From Albibacterium sp. (GTDB lineage: Bacteria > Bacteroidota > Bacteroidia > Sphingobacteriales > Sphingobacteriaceae): DNA of 64,000 bases. Shown piece after piece: positions 19,623-29,706 of the stretch (positions are counted from its first letter, which is position 1; every line of letters begins with the position of its first letter). Where the stretch lies: assembly GCA_036796375.1 (NCBI GenBank), contig DAIRDA010000001.1, forward strand, positions 36 through 64,035. The letters are read 5' to 3'. Made by a program: the position numbers and the translations under genes. Below the pieces are notes generated by a model that saw only the letters and a program-made list of their open reading frames with translations, had not been told where the DNA came from and searched no databases.

Positions 19623-20048
19623 GTGGAAGAAATTGTCATCCCCTCTCTTCAGGAGCTGCCCGCCGTGAGCGGGCGTCTCCTGGAAATAGCCGGTTCAAAG
19701 AAAATATTCCTGTTCCACGCACCCATGGGGGCCGGAAAAACCACGTTGATCAAAGCCTTATGCAAGGCTCTTGGAGTGGACGATCATGTCAGCAGTCCGA
19801 CCTTCTCCATTGTGAACGAATACCGGGGCCAGGAAACCGCCGTGTATCATTTTGATTTTTATCGAATCAAGGACGAACAGGAAGCCTTCGACCTGGGCTA
19901 CGAAGAGTACTTCTATTCAGGTCACTATTGCTTTGTGGAATGGCCAGAGAAAATACCCTCGCTACTGCCGTCCGACGCCCTTCACCTGAGCATCGAAATT
20001 CTGAGCGATACCAGCCGCCTGCTGCGTATCGGCGGGTCCACTGTGTAA
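19623..20048 (+). CDS. tsaE: tRNA t6A37 biosynthesis ATPase TsaE
   Basis: P-loop GAGKTTLIKAL, plus SPTFSIVNEY and YHFDFYR. I prefer the GTG at 19623, right after the porX stop, which gives a typical 141 aa. The track ORF from 19548 overlaps porX. Confidence 0.85.
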   Translation: MEEIVIPSLQELPAVSGRLLEIAGSKKIFLFHAPMGAGKTTLIKALCKALGVDDHVSSPTFSIVNEYRGQETAVYHFDFYRIKDEQEAFDLGYEEYFYSGHYCFVEWPEKIPSLLPSDALHLSIEILSDTSRLLRIGGSTV

Positions 20049-20101
20049 AAATTTCGATTCTTTTTCGTAACTTAAACCCCATTTATGAACAGAGAAACCC
20101 T

Positions 20102-21313
20102 ATGAGTGACTTTTCTAATCTGGCGCGACAGGCGTTAAGACAAACCCAGGAAGTATTACAGGAAACGGCACAAAGAAAAAATCAGTTATTTATTGGTATC
20201 CCGAAAGAAACGTCCTTTCAGGAAAACCGAATACCCCTGACTCCGCTTTCGGTAGCCCTGCTGGTTGAGAACGGCCATCGGGTGGTGATGGAAAGTGGCG
20301 CAGGCAATGCAGCTAATTTTCTTGATCACCATTACAGTGAAAAAGGCGCTGAGATTGCTCAGGATATGAAGGAAGTTTACCAGGCCGACATCATCATCAA
20401 AATATCTCCGCCTACGCTGCAGGAGATCGAAATGATGAAAAACGGACAGGTTTTATTTTCATCTCAACAGCCGTCCATACTCAGCCTCGAACAGCTGCAG
20501 GGAATGATGAAGAAGCGCATAACGGCCATTAGCTATGAATACCTGCGCGATGAGGGCAATATCCTTACGGTGGTAAGGGCCATGAGTGAAATTGTAGGCG
20601 CCACCTCCATTCTGATTGCTGCCGAGTACCTGAGCAACGTCTTCGAAGGTAAGGGATTGATGCTGGGCGGCGTGACCGGGGTTCCTCCTACTGAAATTGT
20701 TATTTTGGGTGCCGGTACGGTGGGCGAGTATGCGGCCCGAACTGCGCTGGCCCTGGGTGCGCAGGTCAAGGTATTCGACAGTTCACTGTACCGGCTGCGC
20801 AGATTACAGACCAATATTGGAAGTTTGGTATTTACCTCCGTTATCCAGCCCATTGTGATGAAAAAGGCCATCATCTCCTCCGATGTGGTGATCGGTGCCA
20901 TTCGATCCAGCAATGGCCGCTGCCCCTGCCTGATTGATGAATCGACGGTGGAAAAAATGAAACCGAACTCGGTGCTCATTGATGTAAGCATTGACCAGGG
21001 CGGCTGCTTTGAAACTTCGCAGATAACCAACCACCTGAAACCTACCTTCCGCAAACACGATGTCATTCATTACTGCGTTCCCAATATTGCTTCCCGGGTT
21101 GCACGGACCGCTACCTATGCCCTGACCAATATCTTTACGCCGATCTTGCTGGAGATGGGCGAAATGGGCAGCATGATGAACCTGATATGGAACCGACCCG
21201 GCATCCGCAATGCCGTATACCTGTATCAGGGGACATTGACCAACAAGGATATGGGCGAGCGTTTCAATCTGGCGACCAAAGATCTCGAACTGATTGCATT
21301 CTCACATCGTTAA
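20102..21313 (+). CDS. alanine dehydrogenase / PNT-family NAD(H)-dependent dehydrogenase
   Basis: I prefer the ATG at 20102 (MSDFSNLARQ). AlaDH/PNT N-terminal pattern IGIPKET..ENRIPLTP and Rossmann motif GAGTVGEYAA. Confidence 0.8.
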   Translation: MSDFSNLARQALRQTQEVLQETAQRKNQLFIGIPKETSFQENRIPLTPLSVALLVENGHRVVMESGAGNAANFLDHHYSEKGAEIAQDMKEVYQADIIIKISPPTLQEIEMMKNGQVLFSSQQPSILSLEQLQGMMKKRITAISYEYLRDEGNILTVVRAMSEIVGATSILIAAEYLSNVFEGKGLMLGGVTGVPPTEIVILGAGTVGEYAARTALALGAQVKVFDSSLYRLRRLQTNIGSLVFTSVIQPIVMKKAIISSDVVIGAIRSSNGRCPCLIDESTVEKMKPNSVLIDVSIDQGGCFETSQITNHLKPTFRKHDVIHYCVPNIASRVARTATYALTNIFTPILLEMGEMGSMMNLIWNRPGIRNAVYLYQGTLTNKDMGERFNLATKDLELIAFSHR

Positions 21314-21315
21314 GG

Positions 21316-21370
21316 GAGCTTCGAATCAGCTTCGGACCAGCTTCGGACCAGCTACAGACCAACTACAGTA
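21316..21370. repeat. five tandem 11-bp units (GAGCTTCGAAT CAGCTTCGGAC CAGCTTCGGAC CAGCTACAGAC CAACTACAGTA)
   Basis: Read directly. The array starts 3 nt after the stop of the Ald-family gene. Confidence 0.85.
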
Positions 21371-21494
21371 AAACGGGCGAAAATGTGTAAACGGTCCGAC
21401 CACCGTCCGATGCAGATAGGTTGCTGATAATAGCGTGTCAAAACCGGGTGCCCAACGTATCTTATCTTGCCCCGGCAAACCAAAAGCCCGGCAT

Positions 21495-21502
21495 TACGTT
21501 TG
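21495..21502 (+). promoter_or_regulatory. -7 promoter box TACGTTTG (yihY-family gene)
   Basis: Exact TAnnTTTG, 19 nt upstream of the ATG at 21522. Confidence 0.5.
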
Positions 21503-21521
21503 ATCTACAAAGAAAATATTT

Positions 21522-22469
21522 ATGGCGATCAGAAAGCCCGATTTTAAACGAATTCTAATCCTGATTAAGGAAACCTTCCGGGGTTTTTCTGAAGACAGGA
21601 TTATGAAGAAAAGCGCATCACTTGCATATTATACCATCTTTTCATTGGCACCCCTGCTGTTGATTATTATGTGGACCATGGGTTTCTTTCTTGGTCAGGA
21701 TGCCACCGAGGGACGTATATTCAACGAGCTTCACGACATCGTCGGGGCCAATGCCGCCAGTCAGATCGAAGATATTATTCGAAAAATCGGTCTCTCAGAG
21801 AAATCGGGGGCAGCGATCCTGATCGGGATAGGGACGCTAATCGTGGGCGCCACCACCGTCTTTATTGAAATTCAGGATTCCATCAACGCAATATGGTCGG
21901 TTCGTGCCAAACCGAAGAAAGGATGGAAGAAAATGCTGATCGACCGGGTACTTTCTTTTTCAATTATTATAGGATTGGGATTTTTGCTGATCGTATCGCT
22001 TTTAATTAGCATGCTGATTGAACTCTTAAGCGATTACTTGCTTGACATATTTCCGGAAACCACTGCCTTTTTGTTTACTTTGGTGAATTTCGGCATTACG
22101 TTTATTGTGATTTCCGTGTTGTTTGGAGTGATATTCAAATATCTTCCCGACGCGCAGATCAAATGGCGCTACGTTCGTAGCGGAGCCATCTTTACAGCGA
22201 TACTGTTTATCATCGGAAAATATGTAATTAGCCTTTACATGCAATATACCGCGCCAGCCAGCGCCTACGGTGCCGCAGGATCGATCATCATTATTCTGCT
22301 GTGGGTGTATTACACAGCAGCGATTCTGTACCTGGGAGCTGAATTTACAAAAGTGTATACCCAATGGGCCAGCGGCGAGATTCTTCCCTCGAAATATGCA
22401 GTCCGGCTCGTTCAGAATGAGGTTGAAATCGAGCCGGACGCAGATCAGGTAGCCAGGCAGGAAGACTGA
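21522..22469 (+). CDS. YihY/BrkB family inner-membrane protein
   Basis: 315 aa. The start FSEDRIMKKSASLAYYTIFSLAPLL is typical of the family. About 6 transmembrane segments. Confidence 0.85.
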   Translation: MAIRKPDFKRILILIKETFRGFSEDRIMKKSASLAYYTIFSLAPLLLIIMWTMGFFLGQDATEGRIFNELHDIVGANAASQIEDIIRKIGLSEKSGAAILIGIGTLIVGATTVFIEIQDSINAIWSVRAKPKKGWKKMLIDRVLSFSIIIGLGFLLIVSLLISMLIELLSDYLLDIFPETTAFLFTLVNFGITFIVISVLFGVIFKYLPDAQIKWRYVRSGAIFTAILFIIGKYVISLYMQYTAPASAYGAAGSIIIILLWVYYTAAILYLGAEFTKVYTQWASGEILPSKYAVRLVQNEVEIEPDADQVARQED

Positions 22470-22470
22470 A

Positions 22471-23448
22471 CTACATGGACAAAATATCGACGATCTTCAG
22501 CAAATGGGGGTTTACGGTGCGGATGTGCTTAATCGCCCGGTCGAAGGGCGTGAAACAAATCTCGCTGCCGAGGAGACCGGCCATTTCGCCGGATTTGCCT
22601 GCGAGCAGGGCTTCCACCGAAGCAACACCAAGGCGGCTGGCCAACACCCTGTCCATACAGGTGGGGCGGCCACCCCGCTGGATATGGCCCAATACTGAGA
22701 TCCGTACATCATAATGCGGGAAGCGGTTCTTTACGCGGTCAGCGACCTCAAAAGCACCGCCACCTTCGTCGCCTTCGGCAACGATAATAATGCGCGATGA
22801 TTTGTTTTTACGGGTTTTATCCAGTCGGTTGAGCATGGCTGAAAAGTCCATTTTCGCTTCGGGAATCAGGATGGCTTCCGCACCGATGCCGATACCGCTT
22901 CGCAAAGCGATCAGGCCCGAATCGCGCCCCATCACCTCAACGATAAAAACCCGGTCGTGCGACTCCGCCGTATCCCGTATTTTATCCACGGCATCGACCA
23001 CCGTATTGATCGCCGTATCGTAGCCGATGGTAAAGTCAGTTCCCTGTAAGTCGTTGTCGATGGTGCCTGGTATTCCGATAACAGGAACCTGGTACTCGTC
23101 GATCAGTTTCTTTGCGCCGGTGAAGGTTCCGTCGCCGCCAATGGCTACCAGGGCATCCAAACCATGGTGCTGGATCTGTTCAAAAGCCTTAGCACGTCCT
23201 TCCACGGTCATAAACTCACTGCTTCGGGCTGTTTTCAGAAAGGTTCCGCCGCGCTGGATAATATTGGCGACCGACTTGGCTTCCATTTCGAAAATATCAC
23301 CTTTCACCAAACCGTCATACCCCCTGTTCACTCCGAAAACACGGAGATCGTAATAAAGGGCGGTCCGCACTACGGCACGGATGGCCGCGTTCATTCCGGG
23401 GGCGTCTCCACCGGATGTAAATACTCCTATACTTTTTATTTCTTTCAT
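22471..23448 (-). CDS. pfkA: ATP-dependent 6-phosphofructokinase
   Basis: 325 aa with TSGGDAPGMNAAIRAVVR, GGDGTF and PGTIDND. Confidence 0.95.
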   Translation of the reverse strand: MKEIKSIGVFTSGGDAPGMNAAIRAVVRTALYYDLRVFGVNRGYDGLVKGDIFEMEAKSVANIIQRGGTFLKTARSSEFMTVEGRAKAFEQIQHHGLDALVAIGGDGTFTGAKKLIDEYQVPVIGIPGTIDNDLQGTDFTIGYDTAINTVVDAVDKIRDTAESHDRVFIVEVMGRDSGLIALRSGIGIGAEAILIPEAKMDFSAMLNRLDKTRKNKSSRIIIVAEGDEGGGAFEVADRVKNRFPHYDVRISVLGHIQRGGRPTCMDRVLASRLGVASVEALLAGKSGEMAGLLGSEICFTPFDRAIKHIRTVNPHLLKIVDILSM

Positions 23449-23476
23449 TTAATTATTGATTCTCTGGCTCATTTCG

Positions 23477-25594
23477 TTACTGCGCCCGGAAGGCTGCAAT
23501 TCCGCTGTCCAGAAATTGAATATAGTTATCAATATCGAGGTTATAGGCCTGGGGCGGAACCAGCGATTTTCCCTCGCCGTCGACGATCACGTAATAAGGC
23601 TGTGAATTGGTTCCGTATACGGAGGCTTGCATATCACTCCATTTTTGTCCGATGCGATTGATGCTTTTTCCGCTGAAATCCGAAACATATTTTTCTGTTG
23701 CTTCCAGTTCGGTCTTATCGTCTACGTAGAGCGAAATGAGTACATATTCCTCTTTCAATCGCCGCAGTACTTCCGGATCGGGCCATACCGAGGCCTCCAT
23801 CTTACGGCAGTTCACACAGCTCCAGCCGGTAAAGTCAATCAGCACCGGTTTATTTACTTTCCGGGCGTATTCTAAACCTTCCTGATAGTCATAGAAGGCG
23901 TCGATCCCGTGCGGTGCATGGAAGAGACCGGCATATTTCCGTTGCGGTTGATCAGACGATTCAGCCGGACTGGCATAGCTGAGTTTATTGAGATCAAAAT
24001 CCTGAGTCGACTGATGTGGTAGCCAGGCACTGATGCCTTTCAGCGGTGCTCCCCACATTCCGGGAACCATGTATACGGTAAAGGTTAATATCAACATGGC
24101 AAAGAACAGGCGTGGTAACCCAATGATCTTGACGTCGTCGGATGATGAAAGCCTGATCTTTCCAAGGAGATAAAGTCCGAATACGGCAAATATGACAATC
24201 CAAATGGCCAGAAATACTTCGCGGTCGAGAATTCCCCAGTGGTATGCAAGATCCACGTTCGATAAAAATTTGAAAGCAAGGGCAAGCTCCAGAAAACCGA
24301 GCGATACTTTCACCGTATTGAGCCACCCGCCCGACTTCGGCATTTCTTTCAGGAACGCCGGGAAAAGAGCAAAAAGAATAAAGGGGATAGCCAGCGCAAC
24401 TGAAAACCCAAGCATGCCGATGGCAGGGCCCAGAAGGGCACCGGTGGAAACGGCCTCTACCAACAAATAACCAATGATAGGTCCGGTACAGGAGAAGGAC
24501 ACCAACGAAAGCGTAAAAGCCATAAAGAAGATGCCGATTAATCCGCCGCGATCCGACTTCTGATCGATTTTATTTACGAAACGTGAAGGAAGTGTTATTT
24601 CGAAAGCCCCCAGAAATGAAATGGCAAAAACAATGATGATGGCAAAGAAGGCCAGATTGAACCAGGCGCTGCTGGCGGCTTCATTGAGCGCAGAGGCCCC
24701 GAAAATAAGGGTAATAATCATCCCCAGACCTACGTAAACAACGATGATGGAGATGCCGTATATGATGGCGTTCCATATTCCTTTTTTACGGCTCCCGCCC
24801 TGCTTGGTAAAGTAGGAAGTCGTTAAAGGCACCATGGGATAGATGCAGGGCATCAAAAATGCAGCGAAACCGCCAATCAGTCCCGCGATAAAAATTCCCC
24901 AGAGTGTGCGATCGGACGAATCGCTACCTGCAACATCGGTCGGCGATGAATCGGTTGAATCTACCGCCGCTGAATTATCAACCGAATTGATGGAAACCGG
25001 GGCAGTCAAGCTGCTATCGGCGGGCAGCGGTTCAACTGAAAGCTCCGACTGATCAGCCGGTTTACTTTCGCTGGCAGGCGCAGCCACCGGAGCTGCCACA
25101 GGTGCCGCGGCCTGCGCCGCCTTTGCCTCGGCGAATGCCTTGGAAGCATCAATATTGATGGAAAACGGAACTTCTTCCGGGGGTAAACAGTTGGTATCGT
25201 TGCAGGTCATAAACTCCAGCATACCACTAACCGTTACTTTTGGCTGGCTGAGGGCGACCTTCTGCGAGAATTTTACCTGGCCTTTGTGCCAGGCAATCTG
25301 CATTTTGAAGTTGGGGTCGAAGGCGCTGATGGCTTTGGGGCTTTCGGTAACACCGCCCACGAGTGAAAAGCCAGCTGCATTATCGAAGCGGAAGGAAGTG
25401 GGTATCGGTCCGCCTTCCTCAATAAATTGAGAATAGACATGCCACCCCGGTTGCATCGTGGCTGTAAAGGTAACGACAGCTTCCTTGTCCGTTATCTTCT
25501 CTGTACTGAATTTCCAGCTTACCGGATCGTAAATTTGGGCCGAGGCAGTAAAAGCAAGGGTAAAGAATAGTAATAGCGCTAGTATCTTCTTCAT
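23477..25594 (-). CDS. dsbD: DsbD-family thiol:disulfide interchange protein (N-terminal domain, membrane core, C-terminal thioredoxin fold)
   Basis: 705 aa with a signal peptide. Membrane cysteines are in FLMPCIYPM and SFSCTGP, and the CxxC motif is WSCVNC. An Ala/Pro/Ser-rich linker joins the domains. Confidence 0.85.
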   Translation of the reverse strand: MKKILALLLFFTLAFTASAQIYDPVSWKFSTEKITDKEAVVTFTATMQPGWHVYSQFIEEGGPIPTSFRFDNAAGFSLVGGVTESPKAISAFDPNFKMQIAWHKGQVKFSQKVALSQPKVTVSGMLEFMTCNDTNCLPPEEVPFSINIDASKAFAEAKAAQAAAPVAAPVAAPASESKPADQSELSVEPLPADSSLTAPVSINSVDNSAAVDSTDSSPTDVAGSDSSDRTLWGIFIAGLIGGFAAFLMPCIYPMVPLTTSYFTKQGGSRKKGIWNAIIYGISIIVVYVGLGMIITLIFGASALNEAASSAWFNLAFFAIIIVFAISFLGAFEITLPSRFVNKIDQKSDRGGLIGIFFMAFTLSLVSFSCTGPIIGYLLVEAVSTGALLGPAIGMLGFSVALAIPFILFALFPAFLKEMPKSGGWLNTVKVSLGFLELALAFKFLSNVDLAYHWGILDREVFLAIWIVIFAVFGLYLLGKIRLSSSDDVKIIGLPRLFFAMLILTFTVYMVPGMWGAPLKGISAWLPHQSTQDFDLNKLSYASPAESSDQPQRKYAGLFHAPHGIDAFYDYQEGLEYARKVNKPVLIDFTGWSCVNCRKMEASVWPDPEVLRRLKEEYVLISLYVDDKTELEATEKYVSDFSGKSINRIGQKWSDMQASVYGTNSQPYYVIVDGEGKSLVPPQAYNLDIDNYIQFLDSGIAAFRAQ

Positions 25595-25604
25595 TTATCT
25601 GATA

Positions 25605-26378
25605 TTAATATAGCATCTCAATTTCCTTAAAAGCGAAGCTTTCGCTTCCGTTTTCAAACCGGATGATGAGCCGGCCCTGGGAGTCGACACCCTCAATTTT
25701 ACCGATTCGTTCGCTGTTTTGCTGGCGGAAAACTTTGTTTTCGCCTAAACCGTAAAGGTGTGTGATATAATATTCCTTTTCAGCCAAAAATCGAGGGGTC
25801 TTTAATTGACGATAGCTTTGTTCAATCGAGCTGCAAAGTTCGTATAATAAGTCTGTTAATATGTATTCGCGATGTAATAATTGCTTGATCGAACAAGCCC
25901 GCGGCGCGAATTCAAAGTCGGTTTGATTTACGTTGATACCGATACCGATCACAGATTCACGAATGTTGGTTCCCTGTACGGAGTTTTCGATCAGGATGCC
26001 TCCAAGTTTGCGGTCGGCCACCAGGATATCATTGGGCCACTTTAGCTTGACGGCCTCTCCCAGAAATGAGCTCAGCACACGGTGAATGGCCGTTGATATC
26101 GCGATATTGAGCTTAAATTGATCATGGGCTGGAAGAAAGTCGGGCCGCAGCAGCAAACTGAACGTTAAATTTTTACCGGGTTCGCCCTCCCAGCGGTTAC
26201 CTACCTGCCCGCGTCCCATATGTTGCTCTTCTGCCATTATAACAGTGCCTTCTGGAAATGGCGCAGATTTTGACAGTTCTTGTTTTAAATAATCATTTGT
26301 AGAAGAAACACGCTTAAGTGAAATTAATTTTTGACCGTTAAAAAATGATGAAAAAGTGTTACTTTGCAAATGTTCCAT
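25605..26378 (-). CDS. birA: biotin--[acetyl-CoA-carboxylase] ligase
   Basis: GRGQVGNRW motif. I prefer the ATG at 26378, which is 18 nt below a -7 box and avoids overlap with rsfS. Confidence 0.85.
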   Translation of the reverse strand: MEHLQSNTFSSFFNGQKLISLKRVSSTNDYLKQELSKSAPFPEGTVIMAEEQHMGRGQVGNRWEGEPGKNLTFSLLLRPDFLPAHDQFKLNIAISTAIHRVLSSFLGEAVKLKWPNDILVADRKLGGILIENSVQGTNIRESVIGIGINVNQTDFEFAPRACSIKQLLHREYILTDLLYELCSSIEQSYRQLKTPRFLAEKEYYITHLYGLGENKVFRQQNSERIGKIEGVDSQGRLIIRFENGSESFAFKEIEMLY

Positions 26379-26396
26379 TAAATGGTAAATAAATAC

Positions 26397-26404
26397 CAAA
26401 ACTA
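26397..26404 (-). promoter_or_regulatory. -7 promoter box TAGTTTTG (birA)
   Basis: Exact TAnnTTTG on the minus strand, 18 nt upstream of the ATG at 26378. Confidence 0.5.
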
Positions 26405-26413
26405 ATACAATTA

Positions 26414-26788
26414 ATGACAAAAAGTAAAAAAACAAATGAATCTACATACATTTCCCAAATCATTATTCATGGTTTACAAGAGAAGAAAGGGAATGAAATA
26501 GTACGAATTGATTTAAGAAAAATTGATAGTTCGGTAACCGATTACTTTGTAATCTGCAATGCCGATTCCTCTACACAGGTACGTGCGCTGGCAGAAAGTG
26601 TTGAAAAAGAAGTTTTTTTGGCATTAAAACAAGATCCCTGGCATAAGGAAGGCCTTGAGTTGGGCGAATGGGTATTGCTCGACTATGTGGATGTAGTGGT
26701 GCATATTTTCAAAACTGAAAGACGCCAGCATTACGGAATAGAGGATTTGTGGGGTGATGCCGACCTGGAGAACTATAAGAGCGCTTAA
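26414..26788 (+). CDS. rsfS: ribosome silencing factor RsfS (iojap family)
   Basis: 124 aa with DYFVICNADSSTQVRALAESV and LLDYVDVVVHIF. Confidence 0.9.
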   Translation: MTKSKKTNESTYISQIIIHGLQEKKGNEIVRIDLRKIDSSVTDYFVICNADSSTQVRALAESVEKEVFLALKQDPWHKEGLELGEWVLLDYVDVVVHIFKTERRQHYGIEDLWGDADLENYKSA

Positions 26789-26841
26789 TTGCCGTCCCTA
26801 AGAAGAATTAAGCATCAGCTTTATAAAAATTTAAAACTAGA

Positions 26842-28950
26842 ATGAAAGAAAAATTTTCAAACCAGGCGAGTGGAAAGAAAAAAATTCCGATCAAGAAGAT
26901 AACACCTAAGCCGCCTAGGTTTAATATTATGTGGGTCTGGATGGCCCTTTTACTGGGTTTCTTTGTACTGCAGTATATGTTTTCAGGCGATACAGCCAAA
27001 ACCATTACCTATCAGCAGTTCGAAGAAAGAATGCTCAAACCAGGCGATGTGGAGCGACTGACAGCCTATAAATCGAATGAGCTGATTGAGGTAGAAGTTT
27101 TCATCAAGAAAGAAATGCTTGATGATCCGAAGTATAAAGAAGTGCAGCCTAAGCAGGAATCGCTGACCGTTTCCAACCAAGCTGGGCCTCACTACAAATT
27201 CTCGGAAGGTTCGTTTGATGCGCTTGACCGCAAACTGAACGCTGCACAGGAAGGCATTGCGCCGGCTGATCGGGTAAGTCTGGAACTGGAAGAAAGAACC
27301 AGTCCGTGGACCGGCTGGATATTCTCGCTGCTTCCTTTTGCACTGATTATCGGTGTCTGGATATTTCTGATGCGCCGCATGAGCGGTGGTGGCGGAGGTC
27401 CGGGCGGACAAATCTTCAATATCGGGAAATCAAAAGCAAAATTATTTGACAAGGAGTCGCAGGTAAACATTACCTTCAATGATGTTGCCGGCCTGGAAGA
27501 AGCAAAGGAAGAGGTGATGGAGATTGTCGATTTCCTGAAAAACCCGAAGAAATATACCAACCTGGGAGGAAAAATTCCAAAAGGAGCGCTGCTGATCGGT
27601 TCGCCGGGTACAGGTAAAACGCTTTTGGCCAAAGCTGTTGCGGGCGAGGCGCAGGTTCCCTTCTTCTCGCTGTCAGGATCTGATTTTGTAGAGATGTTTG
27701 TGGGTGTCGGAGCATCGAGGGTTCGCGATTTATTTAAGCAGGCAAAAGAAAAAGCACCTTGTATTATCTTTATTGATGAGATCGATGCGATTGGACGGGC
27801 CCGTGGGAAGAACAGCATGATGGGTGGTAACGATGAACGTGAGAACACCTTAAACCAACTGCTTGTAGAGATGGATGGCTTTGGTACCGATTCGGGTATT
27901 ATTATCCTTGCGGCGACCAACCGTCCGGATGTACTGGATCCGGCATTGTTGCGTCCGGGACGTTTCGACCGTCAGATATCGATCGATAAACCGGATTTGG
28001 TTGGGCGGGAACAAATTTTTAAGGTGCATCTGAAGCCGATTAAACTGGCTGAAGGGGTTGATGCTAAAAAGCTTTCGGCCCAGACACCGGGTTTCGCGGG
28101 CGCTGAGATTGCAAACGTATGTAACGAGGCGGCATTGATTGCTGCACGCCGAAACAAGGAATCGGTAGACATGCAGGACTTTCAGGATGCCATCGACCGT
28201 GTGATTGGCGGACTGGAGAAAAAAAATAAGATTATTTCACCGGAAGAAAAACGCATTGTGGCTTATCACGAAGCAGGGCACGCCATTGCTGGCTGGTTTC
28301 TGGAGCACGTCGATCCGCTTGTGAAGGTGTCTATTGTTCCGCGTGGTTTGGCGGCCCTGGGTTATGCGCAATACCTTCCCAAGGAACAATTTTTATATAC
28401 AACGGAGCAACTTATTGACAGCATTTGCATGACGATGGGTGGACGGGTAGCTGAAGACATTACCTTCGGAAAGATTTCCACCGGTGCGCAGAACGATCTG
28501 GAACGGATTACCAAACTGGCTTACGCCATGGTAACGGTTTACGGTATGAACCATCGGGTAGGAAATGTGTCTTTCAACGAGGTGCAGGAATCCAATCAGT
28601 TTAACAAGCCCTATTCCGAGAAGACAGCCGAATTGATTGACGACGAAGTTCGGATGCTGATTGCAGAGGCATACGAACGTACAAAAAAGCTTCTTCTGGA
28701 AAAGAAAGACGGCTTAAAACTATTGGCTGAAAAGCTGTTGGATAAGGAAATTCTTTTCCAGTCGGATTTGGAAGATATTTTAGGAAAGCGGCCTTTCGAT
28801 ACGCGGACTACCTACGACGAATTCGTGAACAGCGGTGGCACTGGCGACCAGGAAAAGGCAGCCGAGAACCTGGTTCATGAAGGAGTCAACGATCGTTCAG
28901 GAACCTTCGACAGTACGCTGGAAGACAATACTAATTCCGATAAAATTTAA
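26842..28950 (+). CDS. ftsH: ATP-dependent zinc metalloprotease FtsH
   Basis: 702 aa with Walker [19 protein letters not shown], the second region of homology, and HEAGHAI. Confidence 0.97.
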   Translation: MKEKFSNQASGKKKIPIKKITPKPPRFNIMWVWMALLLGFFVLQYMFSGDTAKTITYQQFEERMLKPGDVERLTAYKSNELIEVEVFIKKEMLDDPKYKEVQPKQESLTVSNQAGPHYKFSEGSFDALDRKLNAAQEGIAPADRVSLELEERTSPWTGWIFSLLPFALIIGVWIFLMRRMSGGGGGPGGQIFNIGKSKAKLFDKESQVNITFNDVAGLEEAKEEVMEIVDFLKNPKKYTNLGGKIPKGALLIGSPGTGKTLLAKAVAGEAQVPFFSLSGSDFVEMFVGVGASRVRDLFKQAKEKAPCIIFIDEIDAIGRARGKNSMMGGNDERENTLNQLLVEMDGFGTDSGIIILAATNRPDVLDPALLRPGRFDRQISIDKPDLVGREQIFKVHLKPIKLAEGVDAKKLSAQTPGFAGAEIANVCNEAALIAARRNKESVDMQDFQDAIDRVIGGLEKKNKIISPEEKRIVAYHEAGHAIAGWFLEHVDPLVKVSIVPRGLAALGYAQYLPKEQFLYTTEQLIDSICMTMGGRVAEDITFGKISTGAQNDLERITKLAYAMVTVYGMNHRVGNVSFNEVQESNQFNKPYSEKTAELIDDEVRMLIAEAYERTKKLLLEKKDGLKLLAEKLLDKEILFQSDLEDILGKRPFDTRTTYDEFVNSGGTGDQEKAAENLVHEGVNDRSGTFDSTLEDNTNSDKI

Positions 28951-28960
28951 GAAAATATCA

Positions 28961-28991
28961 AGGCCAGGAATCCAGTTCCTGGCCTTTTTTT
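28961..28991 (+). terminator. rho-independent terminator after ftsH (AGGCCAGGAA / TTCCTGGCCT plus T7)
   Basis: Perfect 10-bp stem with a 5-nt loop, followed by a T-tract. Confidence 0.8.
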
Positions 28992-28995
28992 CGTT

Positions 28996-29649
28996 ATGAA
29001 GCAATCGACCTCCAAAGAGCAGATATTAAAGAAGATAAGAGCGGCGCTATTACAGAAGCGGGATAATCCTTATCAGCAAATGGAAGAGACTCCGCTGTAT
29101 CCACCCTTTCGTGAGCCGCTTGAATTTGAGTTTGCAAAGCAGTTTTCGGCCGTGGCTGGAAAATTCGTGTTCTGCGAGGACGATATGGACTTAGTAGAGA
29201 ACTTACTCGTGCTGGCGGAGAAAGAGTCGCTACGAAAAATGTATGTGTGGGAACCTGCTCTGCAGCGACTGCTGGATCAGTACGGATTCCCCTACTACAG
29301 CACGGATACCGACTTTGAAATGGCCGATGCGGGGATTACGCTTTGCGAAGCATTGGTTGCCCGCAATGGTAGTGTCTTAATCAGCAATGCCAGCTCTGCG
29401 GGAAGACGTCTTTCCATCTATCCGCATCTGCACATTGTAGTGGCTTATACCAGTCAGGTCGTGGGCGATATCAAAGAGGGACTCGAGATACTAAAACAAA
29501 AATATCCTGAACAGTTTCCCTCTATGGTAAATCTCATCACAGGGCCAAGTCGAACAGCCGATATTGAAAAAACACTTGTTTTGGGTGCACACGGGCCACG
29601 TGAACTCTATGTATTCCTGCTGGACAATTCCATTCAGAACGTATCATAA
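28996..29649 (+). CDS. LUD-domain protein (LutC/YkgG family)
   Basis: 217 aa with ITGPSRTADIEKTLVLGAHGP, typical of the LUD domain. Confidence 0.8.
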   Translation: MKQSTSKEQILKKIRAALLQKRDNPYQQMEETPLYPPFREPLEFEFAKQFSAVAGKFVFCEDDMDLVENLLVLAEKESLRKMYVWEPALQRLLDQYGFPYYSTDTDFEMADAGITLCEALVARNGSVLISNASSAGRRLSIYPHLHIVVAYTSQVVGDIKEGLEILKQKYPEQFPSMVNLITGPSRTADIEKTLVLGAHGPRELYVFLLDNSIQNVS

Positions 29650-29706
29650 AAACAATCGTAATTAGTTTTTTAATAAAATATACTAATATTTATAGTATAT
29701 TCGCTC

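Noticed and set aside
18602-19639. 345-aa ORF on the minus strand
   Set aside because: It is entirely antisense to the confidently identified porX gene. The translation is compositionally odd (rich in I/V/F/H), has no recognisable motifs and has no promoter box. It is a typical shadow ORF.
20533-21066. 177-aa minus-strand ORF
   Set aside because: Antisense to the Ald-family dehydrogenase gene. No motifs.
24960-25140. Apparent short DNA repeats (GCAGCCAC / GGTGCCGC)
   Set aside because: They encode the AAPVAAPVAAP low-complexity linker of the DsbD-family protein. This is a coding-level repeat, not an independent element.
27192-27920. 242-aa minus-strand ORF, plus other 60-140-aa ORFs nearby
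   Set aside because: Antisense to the AAA+ core of ftsH. The translation is Ser/Pro-rich nonsense. Shadow ORF.
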